Assembly: GCF_963921235.1 (NCBI RefSeq)
Contig: NC_086107.1
Coordinates: forward strand, 109,122,001 to 109,186,000
DNA from: Mobula hypostoma
Taxonomy: Eukaryota
Reading direction: 5' to 3'
Length of the DNA stretch: 64,000 nt
Part shown: positions 49,037-62,808 of the stretch, in pieces
Position numbering within the stretch: position 1 is the stretch's first letter
Layout of the letters: every line of letters begins with the position of its first letter
Translations under genes and position numbers: made by a program
Notes under the pieces: generated by a model
What the model was told of the DNA's origin: nothing
Database searches by the model: none
What the model saw: only the letters and a program-made list of their open reading frames with translations

Positions 49037-51544
49037 TACTCTCTTCACGTCACAATCAACTCTCCCACCCACACCCCCCAGTTCTATTGTTCAGCCAACA
49101 AACCAAGGACAATTTACAACAGTCAGTTAACTGACTAACCCCCCCCCCCCCGCATCTTTGGAATGTGGGAGAAAATTCACATGGTCACGAGGAGAACATG
49201 CATACTCCACTCAGACAGCACCTGAGGTCGGGACTGAACCTGGGGCTCTGGAATCGTGAGGCAGTAGCTCTACCCATTGCGACAATCTCCCTCAAGTGGG
49301 AATTCCCATTAGCCAAAGATTTTGATTCCGATTCCTATTCCCGTTCCGAAGAGTCGGACCATGGCCTCCCCGTTTGCCAAGGTGAGGCCACCCTCGGTGG
49401 AGGAGCGACTCCATGTATTCTGCCTGGGTACCCTCCAACCTGATGGTATGAATATCGATTTCTCCTGCCAGTTAACAAATCCACCCCCCCACCACCCACT
49501 TCCTTTTACTTCTTCTCACCTGCCTATTACTTACCCCTGGGTCGGCCCCTCCTCCTTCCCTTTCTCCTATGGTCCACTCTCCTCTCCTATCAGATTCCTC
49601 CTTATTCAGCCCTTGACCTTTCCCACCCACCTGGCCTCACCTGTTACCTTCCAGCCAGCCTCCTTCCCCTCCCCCCCAACCTTCTTATTTTGACGTCGTC
49701 CCCCCCACTTCCTTCTCTGTCTCGGCCCGACACATCGACCATTCACTCCTTTCCTCAGATGCTGCCTGGCTTGCTGAGTTCCTCCAGCATTTTGTGTGTG
49801 TTGCTTTGTGTTTCCAGCATCTGCAGAATCTCTCATGCCTGGGGCGTGTGGGGTGTGGGGATGTGGAGAGCAGAGACACTGGGGATCTTCATTAAGTTTG
49901 GAAGGAGTTGGACGAGGAGGGAGTGGGTAATAGATGAGTAGCATGATAACAGGCCTTTCGGTCCATCTCATCCGTGCTGATCAAGATGCCCGTTCAAGCT
50001 AGTCCCACTTCCCTGCATTTGGCTCATTTACTTACCAACCTTTCCTATCCATGTACCTGTCAAAATGTCTTTTCAACATGGCTGCATCCACCTCCACCCA
50101 TACGACATGGGAGCAGAACCGGGCCGTTCAGCTCATCGAGTCTGCTCTGTCATTCCACCGTGTCTGATTTGTTTACCCTCTCCTGCCTTCTCCCCATCAT
50201 CTCTGATGGCCTTACTAGTCAAGAACCTCTGCTTTAAATGACTTGGCCTCCACACTGCTGTCTGTGGCAAGGAATTCCACAGACTCCTCACCCTCTAGCT
50301 GAAGCAATTCTCCCTCATCTCTGTTCTAAACGGACATCCTTATTTTCTGAGGCTGTTTTCTGGTCCTAGACTCGCCCACTATTGGAAAAATTCTCTCCGC
50401 ACCCACTCTATCTAGACCAATCAATATTCAATTGGTTTCAAGGATATCCACTCTCGTTCTTCTGAACTTCAGTGAATACAGAGCCCAGCCTGGGATCATT
50501 CTCATAAACCTCCTCTGACCTCTCCCCGATGCCAGTGGCTGTCCAGACATCTTTTCAACATGGCTGCATCCACCTTTACCAGTACCAGCTTAACCCTATG
50601 TACTCCAGTGCATTCTTTCTTCGAAAGGGGCCTAAAACATGTTCCCGATGTTGGGGGAGTCCAGATCCAGAGGCCACAGTTTAAGAATAAGGGGTAGACG
50701 ATTTAGAATGGAGTTAAGGAAAAACTTTTTCACACAGAGGGTTGTGGTTCTGTGGAATGCTCTGCCTCAGAAGGCAGTGGAGGCCAATTCTCTGGATTCT
50801 TTCAAAAAAGAGTTAGAGCTCTGAAAGATAGCGGAGTGAAGGGATATGGGGAGAAGGCAGGAAAAGGGTACTGATTGTGGATGATCAGCCATGATCACAG
50901 TGAATGGTGCTGGCTCGAAGGGCTGAATGGCCTACTCCTGCCCCTATTGTCTATTATCTAAAACTGCTTACAATACTCCAAATGTGGTCTGAGCAGTGCG
51001 TTGTACAGCCTCAGGTTTACATCCAGGCTTTTATATTCCAGTCTTCTCAAAATGAACCTCCACACCCCCCCCCCATGAGGAAAAGACTTTTCCACTAAGA
51101 ACCCCGCAAATCTTTCATCTCTTGGCCTTAACCCAACGCTTTTGGATTCTCCTGCCCTGGTTCCTAATAGTTTTGAAGCAGCATTCCTACTGAAATATTC
51201 ATGAAGAACTTGTGCTGATTGAACTCATTTGCATCAACCATCCAGGTCCACTAAAAAGCAAAGTTAGAGGCTGCAAACAAGACACAACCCCACGGGAGTG
51301 GGGGGGAGTGAAATGCATATTAAACAGCTGATTAATTCCTCCTGAATACTATTAATATAGTGATTCTCCCCTGCCTGTCAGTTTCCCTGCAGATAAATTT
51401 AATTACATTTCCCTCTCTCCACCCACCGACATCCCTTCAAGGGCTATATATAATTTGAGAGTAGTTAGATGGTAAACATGTGCAAAGCCACACTGGACTA
51501 TCTGGGCTAGTTTTGTGTTGTATGCTCTAGATCCTCCGTACTAG

Positions 51545-52725
51545 TAGTACCATCACTCGTGTCGAGTATGGTATTCTTCTAAGGCAAGAGTTCCCAACTT
51601 TTTTTAAGCCATGGACCCCTACCATTAACCAAGGGTTCCGTGGACCCAGAGGTTGAACACCCCCCGTCCTAAGGGATAGTCTGTCTGTGGCCTCTCAGGT
51701 GGCTGTCGAGGCTGATCCAGGATCCATGTAGTCTGGTGCAGTGTGGTCAAGGGTAAATGGTGTTTGGGTCTTTTTCTTGTTTACTCTCTCCTTCCACAGC
51801 TGCCGCTTGTCCTCTGCGGCCCAGCGGAGGTCGTTCTCTTGTAGCGCGGCTCCCTCTTGAACAGATTTCCTCCAGGCGTATCTGTCGAGTGAAACGTCTT
51901 TGCAGTTTTTAGGTGTCATGCTGAATTTCTTCAGGCTGATTCTGATGTCATAAGACCATAAGGAGCAGAATTAGACCATTTGGCCCATTAAGTCTGCTCT
52001 GCCATTTCATCTAATTTTTCCTCTCAGCCCCAATCTCCTGCCTTATCCCTTCGTGCCCTGACCAATCAAGAATCTATCAGCCTCTGCCTTAAATATACCC
52101 AATAACTTGGTCTCCACTGCTACCTGTGGCAACGAATTCCACAGATTCGCCACTCTCTGGCTAAAGAAATTCCTCCTCATCTCATTCTAAAAGGATGCCT
52201 CTCCATTCTGAGGCTGTGTCCTCTGGTCTTAGACTCCCCCACATCCTCTCCACATCCACTCTATCGAGGCCTTTCAACATTCAATAAGGTTCAATGAGGT
52301 CACCCCTCATTCTTCTGAATTCCAGTGAATACAGGCCCAAAACCACCAAACACTTCTCGTATGACCAATCTTTCAATCCCAGAATTGTTTTCATGAACCT
52401 CCTTTGAAACCTCTCCAATGTCAGCACATTCTTTCTTAGTTAAGGGGCCCCAGAGCTGTTCACAATACTCCAAGTGAGGCCTTATAAAGCCCCAACTATA
52501 CATTCTTGCTTTTAAATTCTAGTCCTCTTGAACTGAATGCTAATATTGCATTTGCCTTCCTCACCACCAACTCAGCCTGCAAATTAACCTTTAGGGAACC
52601 CTGCACAAGAACTCCCAAGTCCCTTTGCACCTACAGATATCTTTGAAGCATTTCCTTTGCCCACCAGGGGCTTGCTGTCTTTCCCTCAACTGTGAGGAAA
52701 GGATCTGTTTGAGGATGTCTAGAAC
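51545..52725 (-). mobile_element. RTE-type LINE 3-prime end split by CR1 (51950-52635) and by a MITE (51585-51666)
   Basis: LKQILSSQLRERQQAPGGQRKCFKD joins ISLKKFSMTPKNCKDVSLDRYAWRKSVQEG. Confidence 0.75.
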
Positions 52726-53374
52726 ATGTTGTCGAATAATAGAGGTGAATACAGGCCTTTCAGCCCATCTCATCCATGCCAACCACCCACAACGCTAGTC
52801 CCAATTGTCCACATTTGCCCCATATCCCTCCTAACTCCCCCTATCCAAGTTTTAAATTTTGTTATTTTATCGGCCTCAAACACTTCCTCGTCCCATGTGC
52901 ACACCGCCCTCTGGTCTCTTTGAAATCTTTCACTTCTCACCTTAAACCTTAGATACAAGAGGTAATGCAGATCCTAGGAATCTAGAGCAATACACACAAC
53001 GTGCTGGAGGAGCTCAGCAGGTCAGGCAACATCTGTGGATGGAAATAAACAGTCGACTTTTCCGGCCTAGACCCTTCGTCAGGACCTTAAACCTTTGCCT
53101 TAGTTTCCTTTTCCTGGGAAACAGGCTGAGTGCATCTGACCTATACACCCTTCGAGATTATATATATCTCTGTAAGATCACCCCTCGGTCTCCAGTATTC
53201 CAAGGAACTTAGTCCCAACCTGTCCAAGCATTTCCCTGCAAAACAGGCCCTCAAGTCCTGGCAAAGAATGTTACTGCATCTTCTATATTCGTCTAGCTTC
53301 ATCTAAAGATTTAACATTAGACTCGGCACGGCAGCCTAGTTGTTAGCACAACGCTTTACGGTACCCGCTGTTGC

Positions 53375-54163
53375 TAGAGTTGCCAACTTTCTCACTCCCA
53401 AATAGGGGACAAAAGTAGCAGTCAAATACGGGACACTTGTGTTTACCCCAAGAAAGACTACTATAACCATGAAGCCTTGCGCGGGCACCTGTGTGCGCAT
53501 GTGTGACGTGCGCATACATGTACATGCCAATTTTTTTCTACAAATCGGTTTTGGCTTAATCTTCTCGATTCTGATACACTGTACAGATATTATTTCTACT
53601 TTATATAGGCTGTGTATTTATCATATCATTCCTGTTTTTACTATATGTTAGTGTTATTTTAGGTTTTATGTGTTATTTGGTATGATATAGTCATAGTCAT
53701 AGTCATACTTTATTGATCCCGAGGGAAATTGGTTTTCGTTACAGTTGCATCAACCAAGAATAGAGTATAAGTATAGCAATATAAAACCATAAATAGTTAA
53801 ATAGTAATATGTAAATTATGAAATAAGTCCAGGACCAGCCTATCGGCTCAGGGTGTCTGACCCTCCAAGGGAGGAGTTGTAAAGTTTGATGGCCACAGGC
53901 AGGAATGACTTCCTGTAACACTCAGTGTTGCATCTCAGTGGAATGAGTTATTTTTTGGGCCTGGGAACGCTCAAAAATTTTTCCCATATAAATTAATGGT
54001 AATTGCTTCTGCGCTTTTCACCATTTCGGCTTACGAACGGTTTTTATAGGAACGCTTTATGTTAGCGGGGGAAATACGGGACAAGGGCGGTCCCGTATGG
54101 GACAAACCAATTTAGCCCAATATACGGGATGTCCCAGCTAATACAGGACAGCTGGCAACCCTA
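53375..54163. mobile_element. hAT-like element TAG(A/G)GTTGCCA nested in a V-SINE (53325-54380) and itself hosting a Rex1 tail (53687-53947)
   Basis: TIR tagagttgcca/tggcaacccta; subterminal tacggga repeats; 5-bp flanks gttgc/gctgc. Confidence 0.8.
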
Positions 54164-57100
54164 GCTGCTGTCTGTAAGGAGTTTCTACATCCTCCCTGTG
54201 ACCGCGTGGGTTTTCTCCGGGTGCTCCGGTTTCCTCCCACAGTCCAAAGACGTACCGGTTGGTAGGTTAATCGGTCATTGTAAATTGTGTGATTAGGCTA
54301 GGATTAAATCAGGGGATTGCTGGGTGGCGTAGATCGAAAGGACAGGAGGGCCTGCTTCACGCAGTATCCCAATAAAAATTTTTAAAATAATCCAGAGAAG
54401 CATTGTTAGAAGTTTGTTCTGAAGTCACCATTTCCCCATTTATCCAGGTGGGATTGGTGAAAGTGATTGGGGGAAGTCATGTTTGGCTAATCCATTGGAG
54501 CTTTCTTTTTCACCAGGGAGAATCCTAGACAGAGATGAACTGATTAATGGGCAATGTAGGTGAGCTGGGGAGGGGAGGGAGATGTTCCTGGCATATCATA
54601 AACTATGAGAACTAGGGGACACAGCCTCAAGACTCGGGGGAGTAGATTTAGGACGGAGATGAGGTGAGGAGGAACTGCTTTTCCCACAGAGTGGTGGATC
54701 TGTGGAATTCTCTACCCAATGAAGCAGTGGAGGCTACCTCAGTAAATATATCTTTTTATAAGGAGTTTTGTTTTATATTTAAGACAAGGTTAGATAGATT
54801 TTTGCATAGCAGGGGAATGAAGGGTTATAGGGAAAAGGCAGGGAAGTGGAGAAGAGTCCAGGGCCGGATCAGCCAAGATCTTATTGAATGGTGGAGCAGA
54901 CTCGATGGGCCAGTTGACCTACTGCTGCTCCTATTTCATACGTTCTTATGATCGCGGAACAGCAAAGCAGGAAAGTGGGGCCGAATGGCCTGCAACTCCT
55001 AACACTTCTGTTGTCATCAAGCTCTGTCATTGACCTCATCCTGATCTAGACCTGAGGTGAGGAAGGAGACGGGGGCGGAGACCCATGGAAAGGAATCCAC
55101 AACGGTAGGGCATCGCGGTTAGCGTCTTGCTTTACAGCGCCGGCAACCCCAGTTCAATTCCTTGCCGCTGAGTGTAAGGAGTCATACCTTCTCTCCGGTT
55201 TCCTCCCACAGTCCAGATGTGTGCAGGTTAGCAGGTTAATTGGTCGCACAGGCTCGTTGGGCCGGAAGGGCCTGTTATCGTGCTGTATTGCTGAATAAAA
55301 TAAAATATCTCTCATGAACTTTGGCGCTCCACCTGGACAGCCTCTCGGTTAGATCTTGGCTGACTTGTGACCACAATTTGTACGCCCAGATTTCACCCAC
55401 GTCCCAAAGTTCATTTCTTGATTTCTGGCTATTAGAATGGAGTTCATTTCCGGCGCTGTCTGCAAGGAGTTTGTACGTTCTCTCCGTGACTGCCTGGATT
55501 TCCTCCGGGCGCTCCGGTTTCCTCCCACAGTTCAAAGATGTACCGGTTGGTCGGTTAGTTGGTGACTGTAAATTGTCCCGTGATTAGACTAGGGTTAAGA
55601 AGATGGCTTTCTGGGTGGTGCAGCTGGTTAGGCCGGAAGGGCCTGTTTCACACTTTATCTCGAAATAACTACAAGTGACATGGGCACAGGAGGGAAATCT
55701 TGCTGTCAGCCACAGTATTGTGCAACAATGAAGTGGGCATAAGTGCCGAATGGCCTACAGGGTTTAGTTAACAAAAATCTCTCAGTCTCAGGCTTAAGGG
55801 TGACCCATAACCCAGCATCAAGGGAAGAGTATTCGAATATTTGCACGGTGGTTATTCCCAACTTGTTAGAAGATTTGGGCACCATTTAATGTTCAACATT
55901 AAATGGTAGAGTATTTCATCTACTGAGTTGCTGAATGGCTAGGTTCCAATTATTAGGCCGCATTCCCTGATCCTACTCTCAGCCACAGGAAACACTTCCT
56001 TCTTCAAAATTAACCAAAAACCATGAACAAAGGGCCATGTGGAAAATTTGGGAACTCTCTTAAATCAAGGCAATTCACCAACCACAACTCATGAACCGGG
56101 AACCATACACCTTTCAGTCTCCATTCAAACATAACTTGATTCGTTTCCCTTGATCCAAATCTCCTGAAGATTAAATGATGCCCAAATTTTCTGACAGGTT
56201 GGGAACAACCTCAGTTCAAATAGTCAAATCCAGGTGGCATTCTGGTAAACCTGGGCTGTGCTCCCCACTGTGACTCCCACATTCCCTACCCCCCCCCACC
56301 TCTCCCCATGACCAGTTTATGTTCCCAAATGTGTGATGCCCAGAACTGATCACAATGCACCAGGAGAGTTTAAAAGGGCTTTGTAAGTCGTGGCATAATC
56401 AGTGGGTGTTGTAGCCCTGGACAGGCCAGTTTTTAACTCTCTTAATACCCTGTGGAAATGAATTCTTAAGTTTGTTCAGACTTCCTCCTTACTTGAGGAA
56501 GGATATACTGGCTTTGGAGGCAGTGCAGAGAGGGTTCACCAGGTTGATTCCAGAGATAAGGGGGTTAGACTATGAGGAGAAATTGAGTCGCCTGGGACTG
56601 TACTCGCTGGAATTCAGAAGAATGAGAGATCTTACAGAAACATTTAAAATTATGAAAGCAATAGATAAGAGAGAGGCAGGACCCGGGTCTCTGGCACTGT
56701 AAAGCGTTGTGCTAACCACTACACTACCGTACCGTCTCACGGTCATTTGTCTTGCATTTCCCGTACCAAAATTAGATACAGTTGGTCAGGACTCTTTCAG
56801 TGGTGCTCCTGGGAAAAAAATATAGTTTGAATGTGGAGGACGATACAGGAACAGGCGTTTGGGCTGAACGTGATGCCGAATTAGAATGAATCTCTTCTGT
56901 CTGCCTGTGGTCCGAGTCTCTCCATTCCTTGTGTGTTCACGTGTCCACCGAACAGCCTCTTAAAAGCCCCTATCATATCTTCTTCCACCACTACTACCAG
57001 CAGCCCATTCCAGACACCCACAGCTCTCTGTGCTGTTAAACGAGCAAGGTGATTCAAGATGAAGCCACCCTCAGGGTAGAGGAGCAACACCTTATATTCT

Positions 57101-60100
57101 GCCTGCGTATCCTCCATGAATATCGATTTCTCTTTCTGGTAAAAGATCAAATTCTGTCCCGCCCAACTCCTCTCCTCCTCTATTCCCCACTCTGATCGTT
57201 TACTTCTCATCTGCCTATCACTTCCCCTCCTCGTTCCCTTTCACCAATGGTCCACTCCCCCCTCCTATCAGATCCCTCCTGCTCCTTGACCTTTCCCAGA
57301 CACCAGGATTCACCCATCACTTTCCAGCTAGCCTCCTTCCCCTCCCTGTCCCCCCACCTTCTTATTCTGGCATCTTCCCCCTTCCTTCTCAGTCCTGAAG
57401 AAGGGTCTCGGGCCGAAACGTCAACTGTCTATTCACTTGCATAGATGCTGCCTGACCTGCTGAGTTCCTCCAGCATTTTGTGTGTGTTGCTTTGGATCTG
57501 CAGACTTCCTTGTGTTTATGTGTGGAGCAAATTTTTTTAAGCCATCAGCCCAGTATTTGACATTTCTACCTTGGGAAAAAGATTCTGATTGTCAACTTTA
57601 CCTCAATCAGATGTAATAACAAAATATGTTGCTTACTGAAGTACAAAATGGCTGTGTGAACGTGGATTTCAACTCTGGTAGCCCTAACCAGGAATATTTG
57701 ATGATTCCCTCTGGAGCTACATGCAAACTATTGCCACTTTCTGGCACCATCTTATGTCATCGATGCCTCTCTGAATTTGATAAATTTGTGCTGTAGTTAG
57801 CACCAGAAAGGGACTTGTGTGCAGGTCGGCTGCTAACTAAATTTGCCTCATTACCAAATCCAACCAGCCCTGCGTTGGTACCGAAAGATTTCAGAGCAAA
57901 AATCTCCCAATGCATTGGCTCCTTGACTGCCATCCTGAACATTCTGTCTCCCCACTATCCATAATCAGCGTGCGTTTTTCTTGGGCGCTTAGCTCCCAGT
58001 GGAGCATAGACCACTGATGACCTCCCGTCTCCATCATCCAAAGTCGATGGTATGGTTGGAGTTCATCAATGTTTCTTCAATCCATTGTGTCCACGGTACA
58101 GGGTATTGGACCGTACATCTTCACCAGAGCCCTGTTGCCTGGGCTTACCCGTTTCCACCTCTCACTTCAGGGATGTAGGATTGGACTTTGAGAGGCATAA
58201 TCAGTGTGTTCCATCCACAAGACGTACCGTGGTCACTTTGCCAGCTAATTCGCCGACACCTCCCACATAGTCTTCACTTTTCTATCATCCATCTGCTATC
58301 TAATCTAAGAGCCTCTTTAAATGTTGCTAATGTATCCGTCTGTACCGCCACCCCTGGCAGTGCATTCCACCTACTTATCACTCTCTGTAACAAAGAAACT
58401 ACCTCTGACATCTCCCCTACACTTTCCTCCAATAACTTTAAAATTATTCCCTCTTGTATTAGCTGTTTCCGCCCGGGAAAACCACCTCTATCCTGCAAGA
58501 TGAAAGATATCGTGCTGTGCAAGAGCCTTGGGCACATATATACAGCTCGGGTGCCTTTTGCAAATTACTGTAGTAATTTTATGTATTACTCTTTACTGCT
58601 ACCCAAAAAAATGCAAATTTCATGACATATATGAGCGATGGTAAACCTGATTCTGTTATGGGTCTCTACTGTGGACTGAGATTGGGAAGGGGGCAGGGAG
58701 AGGGGGAATCGTGGTTGGGAAAAGGAGAAGGGAGAGGGAAGAGAGTGGCAAGCACCAGAGAGACATTCTGTTAAGATCAATAAACCAATTGTTTGGAGTT
58801 AAATGATCTTGCCCGGTGTCTCAGGGCTGGGTGCGTCTGCATTCGCTCACCTGTCCCCCCGGCAGTCCTTCTCTGCCACCTGTCCCACACCCCTCCATCA
58901 CCATTCCCAACATCCTCCCGTCCGACTTACAAACTCGCTCTCTGCTCCACGTTGGCAGTGTGGAGGAGCAGGGGGATCTTGGGGTCCAGGTCCATGGATC
59001 CCCCCAGAGTTGCTGCACAAGTGGATGGGGTGGTTAAGAAGGTCTATGGTATATTAATTAGTCTAATTAGTCAGTTGATTGAGTCCAAGGGGGCGAGGTC
59101 ACATTGCAGCTCTAGAAAACCTGGTTCGGCCACACTTAGAATATTGTGTTTGTTTCTGATGGCCTCACTATAGGAAGGATGTGGAAGCTTTAGAGAGGGT
59201 GCGGAGGAGATTTACCAGGATATTGCCTGGATTCGAGAGCATTATGAGGATAGGGTGAGCTGGGGCTCTTCTCTTTGGAGCAAAGGAGGATAAGAGGTGA
59301 CTTGATGGAGGTGCATAAGATGATTAAAAAGCATAGATAAGAGTGGACAGCCAACACCTTTTTCCTTGGATGTACACAAGAGAGGATGCTTTTAAGGTGA
59401 TTGGAGGAAAGTATAGGGGACTAATGTCAGAGGTTTTCTTTACACAGAAAGTGGGTGCGTGGAACGCACTGCCAGGGTTGGCGGTAAAGGCAGATGCATT
59501 AAGTGACACTTTTAGGGATGAATTTACTTATTGCTGATTGCACTGCTGGCATTTAGGGCAGCAATAAAAGTCCTCTATCTCTGTCTGTCCTTGGCCTCTC
59601 AGATGTAATAGGATTCTTCATTGCTGTTTCCTGTTTGACCAGTCAGGGTTGTTGGCCTTGAGCTGCAGCCCCAAACCTGGACCGCTCTTAGTCTGACCTC
59701 TACCCTTTGACCTGTTTGGCATGGGTGACCCTATCAAGAGCATAAAGCTCTGACTCCAGCCAGCACAACTCTCCAAGTCATCGAGGGACACAAGCCTCCA
59801 AACCCTACCGCAAGGGTTGGGGTCCTCTTGGAGGCTTATAGGCACATGGAAGAAAGGAAAATGGAGGGATATGTTAGGGGAAAGGGTTGGATTTACCTTA
59901 GAGCAGGTTTCAAGGTTGGCACAATATTGTACTCTGCAGGGCCCGTACAGTGGTGTTCCATCTTGTATGAGCGCTAACTACTCCCTGCCTCCGCCCGAGG
60001 AGACTCTTCCATAAACTGTGCTCACGAGAGTGTCTTTACAGACTTTTAGTTCAACATTATTGCCCTGAAAGGAACATGAAGCAGCCTGCTGTGTCAGCAG

Positions 60101-60354
60101 TGAGCCAGCCCCTGAGAGGCAGCCTCTGCCAGACACAACATGCCCAGTCTGCACCCAATCGCTCAGCAGAAAGGACTCCACCCTGCTCACTGACTGAGTG
60201 AGTCAATCTACCCCTGGAGCTAGCTGCAGACGGAGCACGATCCGATTGGTTTGGTCCAAGAGTTCGTGATTACTGGTTATTTTGTTCAGTGAGAACTTTA
60301 AGGTGGGGGAGGAGGGGAGAAAACTTCAGCTTGGAGAACCGGTTTTATAAGGGC

Positions 60355-61002
60355 GCAAACACGAGGAATTCTGCAGATGCTGGAAATTCAAGCAACACAC
60401 ATCAAAGTTGCTGTTGAACGCAGCAGGCCAGGCAGCATCTCTAGGAAGAGGTACAGTCAACGTTTCGGGTCGAGACCCTTTGTCAGGACTAACTGAAAGA
60501 AGAGCTAGTAAGAGATTTGAAAGTGGGAGGGGGAGGGGGAGATCCAAAATGATAGGAGGGGGAGGGATGGAGCCAAGAGCTGGACAGGTCTCAGACTTCC
60601 GCTAATGCCCAACCTCCCCCTCGTACCCCATCCGTTATTTATTCATATACACACATTCTTTTTCTTTCTCTCCTTTTTCTCCCTCTGTCCCTCTCACTAT
60701 ACCCCTTGCCCATCCTCTGGGTTTTCCCCCCCTCCCCCTTTTCTTTCTCCCTAGGCCTCCTGTCCCATGATCCTCTCATATCCCTTTTGCCAATCACCTG
60801 TCCAGCTCTTGGCTCCATCCCTCCCCCTCCTGTCTTCTCCTATCATTATGGATCTCCCCCTCCCCCTCCCACTTTCAAATCTCTTACTATCTCTTCTTTC
60901 AGTTAGTCCTGACAAAGGGTCTCGGCCTGAAATGTCGACTGTACCTCTCCCTAGAGATGCTGCCTGGCCTGCTACGTTCACCAGCAACTTTGATGTGTGT
61001 TG
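60355..61002. mobile_element. Penelope remnant with inverted pseudo-LTR pair
   Basis: About 200-bp arms 60390-60590 and 60795-61002 are near-identical reverse complements. Confidence 0.85.
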
Positions 61003-61346
61003 CCCGGTTTTATAAGGCGTTGGTCAGACCGCACTTGGAGTCTTGTGAGCAATTTGGAGCCCCTTATCTAAAGGATGTGATGGCATTGAAGAGGGTGCAG
61101 AGGGGGTTCACGAGTATGATCCTGAGAAGGAAAGAGTTAACATATGAGAAGTATTTGATGGCTTTGGGCCTGTACTCACTGGAATTTAGAAGAATTTGGG
61201 GGGGGGGCACAGAATCTCATTGAAACCTATTGAATATTGAAAGGAGAGGATGTTCCCAATAGTGACAGGCTCTGGGACCAGAGGACACAGCCTCAGGATA
61301 GGAGGAAGAGTTGCTTTAGCCAGATGGTGATGAATCTTTGGAATCC

Positions 61347-62140
61347 AGATGGAGTTCAACCTGGAGAAGTGTGAGGTGGTACACTTTGGAAGGACAAACT
61401 CCAAGGCAGAGTATAAAGTAAATGGCAGGATACTTGGTAGTGTGGAGGAGCAGAGGGATCTGGGGGTACATGTCCACAGATCCCTGAAAGTTGCCTCACA
61501 GGTGGATAGGGTAGTTAAGAAAGCTTATGGGATGTTAGCTTTCATAAGTCGAGGGATAGAGTTTAAGAGTCGCGATGTAATGACGCAGCTCTATAAAACT
61601 CTGGTTAGGCCACACTTGGAGTACTGTGTCCAGTTCTGGTCACCTCACTATAGGAAGGATGTGGAAGCACTGGAAAGGGTACAGAGGAGATTTACCAGGA
61701 TGCTGCCTGGTTTAGAGAGGATGGATTATGATCAGAGATTAAGGGAGCTAGGGCTTTACTCTTTGGAGAGAAGGAGGATGAGAGGAGACATGATAGAGGT
61801 GTACAAGATACTAAGAGGAATAGATAGAGCTGACAGCCAGCGCCTCTTCCCCAGGGCACCACTGCTCAATACAAGAGGACATGGCTTTAAGGTAAAGGGT
61901 GGGAAGTTCAAGGGGGATATTAGAGGAAGGTTTTTTACTCAGAGAGTGGTTGGTGCGTGGAATGCACTGCCTGAGTCAGTGGTGGAGGCAGATACACTAG
62001 TGAAGTTTAAGAGACTACTAGACAGGTATATGGAGGAATTTAAGGTGGGGGCTTATCTGGGAGGCAGGGTTTGAGGGTCGGCACAACGTTGTGGGCTGAA
62101 GGGCCTGTACTGTGCTGTACTATTCTATGAATTCTATGAA
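61347..62140 (+). mobile_element. Young 5-prime-truncated CR1 LINE (open ORF2 C-terminus, 241 aa) inserted in an older CR1
   Basis: MEFNLEKCEVVHFG...LYKTLVRPHLEYCVQFWSP...FFTQRVVGAWN; (ttctatga)n tail; gaatcca on both flanks. Confidence 0.95.
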
Positions 62141-62715
62141 TCCATTGCCGCTGATAGATTTGGAAGCAAAGCCCTGTTGTCACCTTTGTTGTTTGATTTC
62201 ACTTTGAAAGAGATGTTGTTGTTCAAGCCCCTGCCACAGGTTCATTGTTTCAGCTTTAGTCCGGAATTGACACTTCACCCATGAGATGGGTTTCCGGAGA
62301 TTGTAGCTGGACCTCTTGTAACTTTGTGGTTACACACTTTCAACCCGAGACCACAAAGCCCTCCAACTTAAATTGGTAATAACTTAAAAATAAAACTGCA
62401 GTGCATACATACCAGGTGGATGGAGAACTGGTTCCTAATCAGGCAGTGTGCATACAGACCTGACTCTGAGGCTCCAAGAAGCAAAGTTTGCCAGACCTTT
62501 GATGGGACATTCCTTGTCAAAATCTTTATGACTGCCAGCGTTCTCCTGATGTATCTTAACAAGCTTTTCATCCTCTGCTGCATGATCTTCTCAACACCCC
62601 GTGCATCTAGATAGACCAGAAGACCGTAAGATACAGGAGCAGAATGAGGTCCTTCGGCCCATCGAGTCTGCTCCACCATTTCATCATGGCTGATCCATTT
62701 TGATCTATAGTCACG

Positions 62716-62808
62716 GAGTAATGTAGCAGAGAAGCAGGCCCTTCGGCCCATTGCGACGATACGAGTAATATAGCAGAGAAGCAGGCCCTTCGGCCCATTG
62801 TGACGATA
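62716..62808. repeat. Local tandem duplication of a CR1-like 3-prime end (2 x about 47 bp)
   Basis: gagtaat.tagcagagaagcaggcccttcggcccattg.gacgata occurs twice. Confidence 0.85.

Noticed and set aside
61349..62074. 241-aa ORF as a host or domesticated gene
   Set aside because: It is the C-terminus of CR1 ORF2 with UTR, tail and flanking duplication, i.e. a young truncated insertion
62420..62614. ORF MENWFLIRQ... as the next ADAP1 exon (expected EIVDWFNALRAAR-like)
   Set aside because: Only the WF dipeptide matches; no convincing acceptor, length or downstream similarity
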